DNA of 64,000 nucleotides from NCBI RefSeq assembly GCF_006345805.1, contig NC_043000.1, positions 44,020,001-44,084,000 of the forward strand, written 5' to 3'. The notes beneath the pieces were generated by a model. The model did no database searches. It had not been told where the DNA came from and saw nothing but the letters and a program-made list of their open reading frames with translations. The stretch is from Octopus sinensis. Its lineage: Eukaryota. Positions 40,683-51,540 of this stretch are shown piece after piece. The position numbers and the translations under genes are program-made. Within the stretch, counting starts at the first letter, position 1. Each line of letters begins with the position of its first letter.

Positions 40683-42689
40683 CAGAATGCAACACAAGTT
40701 GGTCTGGACTGTTACAGTGAGCAGATGTGAGTTTCGGCTCCGCGAATAGAAAAAAAGAACAAAAAGAAATATTGTCAATTATGGCACGCCATAGTGAGCA
40801 AAATACTGGGTTCACATCACCGTAACGGTGAATTGACAATTTTTGGGAAAATTCTTCTTGTGAATTCTAGTGGGCGTATCTCGCCAGAAAAAAATAAGAA
40901 TTAGCCATTTGGATTACCTTTTGGATTACCTTTTGGGAGTATTATACAAATGATTCCCTGACTGTGCTATTTGTGAGGTTTTTCTTTTACTTTTCCCTTC
41001 TCTTCTTCTATTTTTTCTTTCTTTCTAAATTTTGGTTCATTATTTTCATTACTTTAATTTCAGTTTCCCCCCATCTCTTTTATTTTGTTTTATTTTTATT
41101 CGGTTTAATGTTTTGGCAGACTGTCTTTTGAACTACTTTTGAACTGTTTTTTGACATGGCAGAGAAGGAACTTAAAAAGAAAAACTCTGTCTTAGAGTGG
41201 GAAATTAACCCGCCTAAGCAATGGTTAAAAGATATGGAGGAGAAGACGATGGTACTTAGAACGTATTCTAAAGTTCTTAATTCCATCACCGTCTTCCCAA
41301 AACAAGTCATGAACTTAAAGAACGTATATCCCGTGGTGTCAAACATGCAACCGTATGGTTGCTGTTTGACAACGGGGAAAAGGCTCGCCAGTTTGCGAGT
41401 CAGCCTTAGAAGGCAAGGAAATTCTATTTCTTCCGTCATATTGTGCAAAAAAATTAATACGAGCCTGGATATGTGGGCTGCCCCCGGGCACCGAAGCGGA
41501 TTGGATTGAAGATACCATCCGACGGGGACAGGGGGATGGCGGGCACAGGCTCTTAAATGTAAGAGAATTGCTGGCGGTCGATTGGGAAGGGTCAAAAGCG
41601 ATTTTGACCCTGTGGACCCCATCGGCCGCAAAAGAACTTGTTTTTCCAGACTTCTTGAAAATAGCTAGCTGCAGGTATCCGGTGATACTTGAGGGACGTC
41701 CCCCAAAGTGTCACTCGTGCCTGCAGCCAGGCCACATTAAAAGGAACTGCACCCAGAACCATGGTAAGGTCCTGGAACAGTCACTAGATGCCACCTCCCC
41801 TACCCGGTCAAAGGGAGAGGTGGATGTGGTCGAGGATGATTCAGCCTCCTCAACTCAAAAAGGATTAAAAAGGAAGAAGGCTGGCAACAGTAGTTGCCCG
41901 CCGAAGGAACCTAAGGCTTCGGAAGGCGGGGGAGAGTCTCTAGACAAAGCGGAAGCGCTCCACTCTCCCAAAGCCAGGAAGAAAAGAAAAAAAGAAGGAA
42001 GAAGAACGGGTCATCTCAGCAGGGAGATGATGTGCCGACTGCATGTCCCGAAGTTGTGCCACCGACGGTGGAAGAAACCACCCCACCCTTAGAGATGATC
42101 AATTAATTATCTTTTTCTACAAGGGCGGGGAGGTGGAAAAAATAGAAGAAGAACATAAAGAAACAGTAGATATGCCCTCCACACGGGATCCCCAATGGCC
42201 TCCGCAGATAGCTGTGGAGGTCATAAGGTTTCCCTTGTGGGAAAGGCTTAAAGGATTTGGGGAGGAGTGTCGCATATGGCCGAGTGGCCTTACATGACTT
42301 ACATGTCCTACATGAGTGAGTCATGGGAAATGGCGGGATACAGGAACTCAAGCGGTATTGAAGATAATGATGAATATATCGAAGTGTAGGAGGTGAAAGA
42401 CCCTCGTTACAGGGTTTGAAACCTCATCTTATTGGATTATTTTGTGGATTGAAGAAAGAAAAAAAAAGAAAACATGTTAAGTAAGAGGTTGTAGTGCCTT
42501 CTCCTTGTAAGAGGTTCGAAACCTCATATTGATTTAAAAAAAAAAAGAAGATATGTTTTCGAGAAAAATCCAATCGGCGGGTGTTGGGTTTCGTCTCTCA
42601 TTTATTCATTATATTTCATTTTCATTCCTTAATGTATTTGTTCAGCCCGCAAAGCTCTTTGTACCTTCAATATGACAAATTTTGAAATA
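40683..42689 (+). mobile_element. ORF1-only (non-autonomous, L1/Tx1-like) retro-insertion with 16-bp TSD
   Basis: TSD AAGTAG(C/G)TTGCTTACC at 40667-40682 and 42690-42705 (1 mismatch); 3' end ...ttttgaaataa(a); gag-like ORF; no endonuclease/RT coding sequence within the 2007 bp. Confidence 0.8.
41156..42297 (+). pseudogene. Gag-like ORF1 nucleic-acid-binding protein with CCHC zinc knuckle, frameshifted
   Basis: ATG at 41156. One extra A in the A7 run near 41446-41452 joins ...LCKK to LIRAWICGLPPGTEADWIED...YPVILEGRPPK-CHSCLQPGHIKRNC (CX2CX4HX4C), then a basic K/R-rich region. Probable further shifts near 41990 and 42085 lead into the RDDQLIIFFYK...WPSGLT* frame. Confidence 0.75.
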
Positions 42690-42833
42690 AAGTAGGTTGC
42701 TTACCAACCACATGGTTCCGGGTTCAGTCCCACTGCGTAGCATCTTGGGCAAGTGTCTTCTACTATTGCCTCGGGCCAACCAAAGCCTTATGAGTGGATT
42801 TGGTAGACGGAAACTGAAAGAAGCCCGTCGTAT

Positions 42834-44278
42834 ATGTGTATATATATATATATGTGTGTGTTTGTCCCCCTAGCATTGTTTGAAACCGATGCTGGTGTGT
42901 TTACGTCCCCGTCTCTTACCGGTTCGGCAAAAGAGACCGATAGAATAAGTACTTGGCTTCCAAAGAATAAGTCCCGGGGTCGATTTGCTCGACTAAAGGC
43001 GGTGCTTCAGCATGGCCGCAGTTAAATGACTGAAACAAATAAAAGAGTAAAAGAGTAAAGTATATATATATATATATATAAAACTTACTTAGAAGTGGAT
43101 GAGTGGTGTTCAATCATATAATAGCAAAATAATAAATAAAACATATGCATATATACATACATATGTGTACGTACCTACATCCATATGTATATCTACTCGC
43201 ATATATGCGTACAGAACACCAAGAAAACGTCGAACACAATGAGAAACGAAAACATAAAAGCAAAACCAAGGAAATGGACATTTTCCTTAAACAACGAAAA
43301 AATAGAGTACAAGTCATACAACACAAGGAACATTCCCCTTCTTCAGCCGCCTCGAAGAAGGGGAATGTTCCTTGTGTTGTATGTCTTGTAGTCTATTTTT
43401 TTGTTGTTTAAGGAAAATGTCCATTTCCTTGGTTTTGTTTTTATGTTTTGGTTTTTCGTTGTTTTCGACGTTTTCTTGGTGTCCTGTACCCATATATGCA
43501 CGTATATATACATATAGATGTAGGTGCGTACACATATGTATGTATATATGCATATTTTGTATATATATATATATGTGTGTGTTTGTCCCCCTAGCATTGT
43601 TTGAAACCGATGCTGGTGTGTTTACGTCCCCGTCTCTTACCGGTTCGGCAAAAGAGACCGATAGAATAAGTACTTGGCTTCCAAAGAATAAGTCCCGGGG
43701 TCGATTTGCTCGACTAAAGGCGGTGCTTCAGCATGGCCGCAGTTAAATGACTGAAACAAATAAAGAGTAAAAGAGTAAAAGAGTATATATATATATATAT
43801 AAAACTTACTTAGAAGTGGATGAGTGGTGTTCAATCATATAATAGCAAAATAATAAATAAAACATATGCATATATACATACATATGTGTACGTACCTACA
43901 TCCATATGTATATATACTCGCATATATGCGTACAGAACACCAAGAAAACGTCGAACACAATGAGAAACGAAAACATAAAAGCAAAACCAAGGAAATGGAC
44001 ATTTTCCTTAAACAACGAAAAAATAGAGTACAAGTCATACAACACAAGGAACATTCCCCTTCTTCAGCCGCCTCGAAGAAGGGGAATGTTCCTTGTGTTG
44101 TATGTCTTGTAGTCTATTTTTTTGTTGTTTAAGGAAAATGTCCATTTCCTTGGTTTTGTTTTTATGTTTTGGTTTTTCGTTGTTTTCGACGTTTTCTTGG
44201 TGTCCTGTACCCATATATGCACGTATATATACATATAGATGTAGGTGCGTACACATATGTATGTATATATGCATATTT

Positions 44279-44280
<2 letters not shown>
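42834..44280 (+). repeat. Near-identical tandem duplication, period 721 bp, bounded by (TA)n tracts
   Basis: ORF-track pairs offset by exactly 721 (43114/43835, 43145/43866, 43314/44035). The unit is the SINE 3' half, a spacer and a long palindrome; only a few differences are visible. Confidence 0.95.
43140..43558. repeat. Long palindrome, ~205-bp arms, 9-nt loop (second copy 43861-44279)
   Basis: Centre acaacacaaggaacattccccttcttc-agccgcctc-gaagaaggggaatgttccttgtgttgt; pairing continues out to atatgcatat at both ends. Confidence 0.95.
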
Positions 44281-44317
<37 letters not shown>

Positions 44318-44516
44318 CTGGCAGTAAATCGAAACTATTCCAAGATTTATTTGTTTAACAACTGAATGAGACAGCGCTAACAAACAAATGTAAAAAGACG
44401 GTAATTTTTAACTCACAGCATTCAATTATTAAACATTTATAATTGAAATGAATAAATTAAATTGAATATTAAGTATTAATGTAATTGTGATTACAGTCGG
44501 GTTACTTTTGGCCAAA

Positions 44517-44589
<73 letters not shown>

Positions 44590-44854
44590 CGATAGGTAGA
44601 TAGATACATATGTACATGTGTCTGTGACACCCACAACAGTTTAAAAAGCGTTGTTGTTTTCATGTTCCTGTGACAAAGAATTTCGCCACACGAGGCCGAA
44701 GAATAAGTACTTAATTTCAAAAACATGACTACTGCGATCGATTTACTAGACAAATGTTCTGGAAGGCGTTGCCTCATTATCGCTGCGGTCTAATGACAAG
44801 CATATAAATGACAAGAGATAAAAGAAATTTGTGTGTGTGTGTATACATAATATG

Positions 44855-44940
<86 letters not shown>

Positions 44941-45058
44941 TATATATGTATGTATATGTATAACGGGAAGGTTTACGAAAATTAACAAAAGACGAAGGCA
45001 GGTGGAGTACAAACAAACAATTGTATTAGTATGGCGCTCAGGAATAGAAATAAAACAA

Positions 45059-45098
45059 GTCTTTTATGTTTCGATTCTACGCTCTTCGTCAGAAAGAT
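45059..45098 (-). ncRNA. Decayed minimal hammerhead motif in a Penelope-type terminal repeat (~44962-45130)
   Basis: Minus strand: TCTTT-CTGACGA-A-GAGCgtagAATC-GAAAC-ATA-AAAGA. Stem I TCTTT/AAAGA is intact; stem II and the GUH triplet are mutated. Confidence 0.55.
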
Positions 45099-45693
45099 AC
45101 ACAGAAAAGAAACAAGGAGAGAAACAAGGAGAGAAAAAATTGCTTGTAGGAGCTAACGTTCCAACATGGCGTTCTGTTATGTATATGTATATACGTATAT
45201 ATAGGATAGTGGTGCAACACTGCACCAGTATTTACTAGAAATAGCTGTAGATAATATTCTACGGTATAGTAAAGCTTCACTGTATATAATATACACGGGC
45301 GAATATGTTTGCGGGTGTCGAACATAAAATGTTTTGTCTTACCTATATGTAGAACATTAAATAAATATACAACCCAGATGTGGATAATCTAGGACCTCGG
45401 TTTCGAACTTTCCAAATTATGTTGAACGTAAATTTCAATAGTTAGTTCTTACCGGCTAGATATATGTAGACAAAATTTCAAATGTTGCTGCATCAATGCT
45501 AGTATTTACTCATCTAAACGCCTAGCTGTGAACAGACAGAGTAGAGTAAAAATAGTTTTCAACAAAAAACGTTATTAATTAGTGCAATACAGTAGTATTG
45601 CTTCTCAATAAAACAAAGCAGCATCAGATTAAAGTATAAATATGCTGGATAATTATATAGGTTAGTCTACATATGTACGAACATACAAACTTC

Positions 45694-46118
45694 GGGATCT
45701 TTTCGGTTTGAACGGCAGTTTTTAACATAATTTCTAGGTAACTAAAAAATTTAAACTTCATATACTGGTAAAATGTGTTTATAAAACATCTTTTTCTCTT
45801 GGCTTTCTTGAGAAATTCTATAGTTTGTAAGATATTTGTTGTTTTTTTTTCTTCAATTTCTGCAATTTCAACCAATCAGTGACGTCTATTGAGGTAAAAA
45901 ACAGTCTGTGCCGTATGAATATGCCCCTCGTTTAAGAAACAGATTAGGTTTATTTACATTTGTGAAGAAAAAAATACCCTTCCCCCACCCCTAACCCTAA
46001 CTAACCCTAAATCTAAAACAGATTGAAATGCAATAGATCGATACTAGGGTCATAATTATGGGTGATAATCTCATATGACACCGCTAGAAAAAACTGCCGT
46101 TCAAACCGAAGAAATCCC
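45694..46118. mobile_element. Non-autonomous DNA transposon (MITE), ~30-bp TIRs, 7-8-bp TSD, internal telomere-like repeats
   Basis: TIRs gggatcttttcggtttgaacggcagttttt / aaaaaactgccgttcaaaccgaagaaatccc; AAACTTC duplicated at 45687-45693 and 46119-46125; internal ccctaaccctaactaaccctaa (~45988-46009). Confidence 0.85.
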
Positions 46119-47149
46119 AAACTTCCTTGTGCTCAAGAACATATATTTGTATGTACACATATCGCACTTGTATATAAATGTAATGTGAACGTTTATATTT
46201 TGAAAATAATGGAATTTTCCATTTAATTTCATGTATGTGTGTGTTTGTGTGTCTGTATGTGATTGTGTGTATATTTATTGTATATTCAATTATTTTAATA
46301 ATTTGTGTATGCATTTTATTATAAATGCAATATCACACCGCGGAGGAAACGACGTATGCGTAAATAATAAACTGGGGTAAGCAAATCGTGATGTGGCGAC
46401 GGGTTACTGTACGACAGGTTACTATACAAGCGGAGTTCTTAATTTAGCGTTAATGGAAACATGTAGCCAGTAGCTAATATTTGTAGGATTTACATTCGGA
46501 CCGTCTAGAGGTGCTCACTTTATGTTAAATTTTAACACTGATATTATCATTTTGTTACATATTTTGCACTACCAAGAACATATATATTTCTTTTATTTTG
46601 AAAAATATTTCATATCAGTAGCCAAAAGCAAAAACATATTAGAACGCATAAAACCAACAAAAAATAACTGGAAACCCTACTTCATTGCAGACGCATTTAT
46701 GTTTCTACGAGTTCAACATTGTTAATTGAATTTTGGGCCGTGTATCATAATAATACTTTTAGGCCATTTTTTTATAATTAAACGTTTACAATAGAAATCC
46801 ATCATTTTAACTTGCCAATAAATGAATTTGGGAGTATAATGATACGTTTAATACAATTCTTATCTTTCATTTTCCTATTCTATAAGATTTTTATTATTAT
46901 TGTTCATAGGGTCACAGGTTTGATAATAAAACAAATTGTAAAATCCCAGTTGCTGTATTGTAGTCTAATAAATCGCTCCATTACTAAGATTTCTAAAACG
47001 TGGTACTTGTTTACGTAACTTTTACCAAACTGCTATGTGACAAGAACTTAGCCATATCAATACCGGTTTCCAGTTGGTGGTGAGACTCGAAAGTTACATA
47101 TATAGGACATATATGTGTGTCAAAATCTGACTGTCTCTCTGTCTCACTT

Positions 47150-47219
<70 letters not shown>

Positions 47220-47390
47220 TATATATATATATATATATATATATGTATTTAGAGTCAGGTTTTGGCCAATATTTTCAGCGTGGCGTTTTCTCTTAGATAC
47301 CCTAAATTAGAATTTTAATAATAATTGTTACCTTTGAATGTTTTTATTCCCATGCTGGCCACTTGATAAGATCGATATTTAAATGAACGT

Positions 47391-47434
<44 letters not shown>

Positions 47435-47674
47435 TATATATATACATGTTTGAGAGAAGTTCCTTTTCGTTCTATTAACGAGTGAGTGTGGGCAGCAGAA
47501 AAACATGCAGTTATTTAATGTTCTTAAGGCAGGGAGGGCTTAAGTTACACCTCCAAAGAAAGTAAAAGTTTAACCTGTTTAGGTTTTCATGGTATCATCG
47601 ATCATTTGAAGATGACAACACAAGCAACTGCGTTCAATGCAGGAGATTTCCAGAAGGCTGATTGTTGGATTTCA

Positions 47675-47747
47675 GGGATGTAGTGGGGTTGGGATGGGAC
47701 GAATAGGGACGGTAGGGTTAGAATATGTAGGGGTGGGGTAACGAGGG
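47675..47747 (+). other. Putative G-quadruplex-forming G-tract cluster
   Basis: Nine G3-G4 runs with short loops: GGGatgtagtGGGGttGGGatGGGacgaataGGGacggtaGGG...GGGGtGGGG...GGG. Confidence 0.6.
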
Positions 47748-48582
47748 AGAGGCGACGATGAAGCGAGAGGATGGAAAGGAAAAGGTATGTAGGAGTGAAG
47801 AGGGGAAGTAGGTGCCAGGGCAAGAGAGGAGAGGCGGGTGGGAGTAAGTAGATGTGAGCGATAGAAAGGAGGGTTAGATGAAGTGGGGAGGAGAATGGAG
47901 CTCATGTGACGCAAAGGAACGAAAGAAGATTAATCGCTGCTCACGGCGAAGACAACCCGGACACAGACATATACATAATTATACACACACATATACCTAT
48001 GTATACACACACATATATACATATATATACACATACATAAATATACACACACACACACATATATATATACATATACATTTATATATACATATTCATATAT
48101 GTATACATATAGATGTTTATATATATATATTTGTTCGCAACTTCATTTGTTTGTGTGTATGTGGATTCGTGTGTATGTATGAGCACGCATATACACATAT
48201 ATTTGTTTTTTTATGTGCATTTAATTGTGCATGTTTGTGTGAGTGTGTACCTATGTAGACGTTATGTACGTCGGCGGTTTATGTCAATGTTTTGTGAGGG
48301 TATGGCTGCGTGTATTTTTATCTTTTAATTTTTTTTCTTTTTCTACCTATTAGAGCAACTTTACTTTAATTCAACAGTTTTTCATAGCGTATGTTACCAT
48401 TAATAGACGACGAGAATGCCTCGTATCTCTTTGCTACGACATTCGAAACGACATTCGAAACTCCGAGTACTATAATGTCTACTTATCCTTTGTTCTCCAT
48501 TAATACATATATAATCTTCTATTTATCTAATATCGAGATCTAATTCTTTTCTTGTCGCTTTATTATTATTATTATTATTATT

Positions 48583-51266
48583 CTGTTTGACTTTTGCTTT
48601 ATGTCTGTACAAGTTGGCTCCAAGTCTCACCCAGAGACCTCAAGAGACAACAGGCTGGAAGTTCTGTGCCATATATTTGGGGTTTTTTTTGTGTTGTACT
48701 AGTGAATGTCTAATACATAAAAAAAATTAATAAATAAATAAATAAATAAAAAGTTTGTTTTAAACCTTGGGATTACATAGAGAGTATTTTGCGTAGGATA
48801 TGAGCAGTTCCCATGAGCACTATCTTGAATGTCTGCCATTTTGGGGTTTCCTTGTATCTGAGTTAGGTAGCAATCAGTCCCTTTTGCTATCATTCCCAGG
48901 GCACCTATGACAACAGGTATTGTTTTACTCTTCAGCTTCCACATTTTGCTGATTTCTATTTCAAGATCTTTATATTTGCTCAGTTTTTGGTAGGTCTTGA
49001 CAGATACGTTTATATCGATTGGGACAGTCATATCAATGAGGAGGCATGTTCTTTGTCTGAAGTCTTTCAATATAATGTCTGGCCTATTTGCATCTATCTT
49101 CCTGTCAGTTTGAATGGTGAAGTTCCAGAGGAGTGAGATGTGGTCAATTTCAAGCACAGGAGGTGGATTGTGTTCCCACCAGTTTTTTCATGGGGCAAAT
49201 CCAGGTTTTTTGCAAATTACCCAGTGAATATATTGTGCAGCTCTATCATGCCTACTGAGGTACTCTGTAGGCGCTAGAAGACTGTTTTTGGAGACAACAT
49301 GGTCAGTGGGTTCATTTTGTTGTCGGCATACACGACATGTTGGGCTACTGCCGTTCTTTAATATGTTGGCCTGGTAGTTTCTTGTTGGTAGGCATTGATC
49401 TTGAGCTGCTATGATAAACCCCTCTGTTTCAGATTTTAAGCCAGAGGCCATTAGCCATTGATGGGTCAGGGCTTTGTCGATATCTGCATTATTCGCTCTC
49501 TTTGGGTATTTGCCATAGAGAGGTTTTTCTTGCCATTTATTATTCAGAATATCTAAGGCCGCAGTTTTGGCACTGGTTTTCATGCGCCTAGCTTTTTCTG
49601 TGCTTGTTTCTTGTATATCTAACTCTAATTCCGAAATTGGTTGTATTCGGAATTCACTTAGATATTCCTTTGCCTGTTTTGTGACTGAGTATGATGCTTT
49701 CTTGTTTTCATGTTTTGAGACAAGTTTTAACATCCAGTCCTCAGAGTTTTTCAGGTAGGTGTCTAGGCCAATTGTAGCAATCTTCATTGTTATTGCCAGT
49801 TGCAAAAGACCACGGCCTCTCTCTTTTCTTGGCAGATAGAGTCGTTCTGTATCTGCCTTAGGGTGGTGCATTCTATGCATTGTCAACAGTTTCCTTATTT
49901 TTCTGTCGAGCTGACATATTTCAGTAATTGACCAGTTAACAATATTGAAACTGTAAGTCACGACTGGTATGGCTAATGCATTGATCGCTTCGATCCTGTT
50001 TCTTGCATTCAGCTCTGTCTTGAGTATTGCTCTCACTCTTCGATAGCATTCTCTCCTGATCCTTTCCTTCATCTCTGAATGCCTTATTCCGTTCCCTTCA
50101 ATTACCCCTAGGTACTTGTAGCTCTCCACTGGGTCTAGTTCTTTTGTGACATTCTGTTGGTCAAGGTTAACGTTAGATGTTTCTGTCATATTTCCTTTGA
50201 TAAAGGTAGCCTTTGCAGATTTATCGAGGCCAAATTGCATTCTGATTTCGTCACTGAATTGTTTGACTATCGCTAGTAAGCCCTTGAGTTGTTGGTCATT
50301 TTTTGCAAAAAGCTTTAAATCACCTATGTAAACGAGATGATTTATATTTTTATCAAATATGTTATACCCGTACTGCGCGTCATTGAGCAGCTTTGAGAGA
50401 GGCATTAAGGATAAACATAAGAGGAGTGGTGACAGTGAGTCACCCTGGAAAATGCCACACGAAAGTTTTACATCACCAGCATTTAGGGATTCATTGTCAC
50501 TGTTCAGAGTTAGTGTGGTTCTCCATGATCTCATACTTACAGTCAAGACGTTTCGCAGAGTAGGTGCTATCTTATATATTTCCAGGCATTTCCTAATCCA
50601 GCTATGTGGTAGGCTATCAAAAGCCTTTTATAGTCTATCCAGGCTATTGATAAGTTTTTGTGTCGTTTGTGACAATCTTCTAAGATCATCTTATTGATGA
50701 GTAGTTGGTCTTTACAGCCGTACGACCCACGTTTACATCCTTTCTGTTCATTAGGGAATATGCTGCTGTCTGTTAAAAAAGCTATAGGTATATTCCGTCA
50801 GGACAGATGTTAGTGTTTTGTACATAGTTGTTAAGCAGGTTATGGGTCTATAGTTTTTTGGTTCATTTGTTTCTTCTCTTTTTGGAAGCAGAAATGTTAA
50901 CCCATTAACTAGCCAAGGAGGCATCCTACTAGGGTGTTGCAAAACATCATTGTACAGTTCTGTTAGCAGTTCATGGCTCTCTGGGAAGGCATTCAGCCAG
51001 AAGTTAGGAATTTTATCCTTTCCTGGAGACTTCCATTTGCTTGACCTCCTGAGAGCAGATCTTATATCTTCTACCTTGACACCCTCCCAATTTTGCTCTT
51101 CTAAGGGGTCCAGTTCTGTAGATATTCTGTCAATCCAGGGGGCCTTTTCGTTGTGTGTTTTTTCTTCTGCCCAGATTTTATTCCAAGATCCCTGCACTTC
51201 TTCTTTTGATGGTACAGACCTTGCAGTAAACGCTGTTTCTCCTATCTTCCTGTAAAAATTATTGGT
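48583..51266 (-). mobile_element. 5'-truncated R4/Dong-clade non-LTR retrotransposon (RT plus C-terminal restriction-like endonuclease) in a (TAA)n target
   Basis: KSPGKDKI, NYRPITCL, AWIDYK.AFD, GIFQGDSLSPLL, Y(IG)D, YKYLGV, CRVC..H zinc knuckle, RHD, TDRKIDANRPDII...LIDMTVP (PD-(D/E) RLE), PVVIGALG. (TTA)n lies at 48559-48582 and 51267-51470 on both flanks. Confidence 0.92.
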
Positions 51267-51315
51267 GTTATTTTTATTATTATTATTATTATTATTATCA
51301 TTATTATTATTATTA

Positions 51316-51348
<33 letters not shown>

Positions 51349-51410
51349 TATTATTATTACTATTATTATTATTATTATTATTATCATTATTATCATTATT
51401 ATTATTATTA

Positions 51411-51462
<52 letters not shown>

Positions 51463-51486
51463 TACTATTATTATATATGCATCCAT

Positions 51487-51540
<54 letters not shown>

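Noticed and set aside
41080-41631. 183-aa minus-strand ORF and other antisense ORFs over TE coding regions (also 49567-49758, 50146-50697, 50950-51255, 61361-61573)
   Set aside because: Shadow frames opposite real TE ORFs; no motifs.
43114-44365. Mirror-image ORFs (MHIYIHMCT...KEHSP) on both strands
   Set aside because: Produced by the palindrome and tandem duplication; no protein features.
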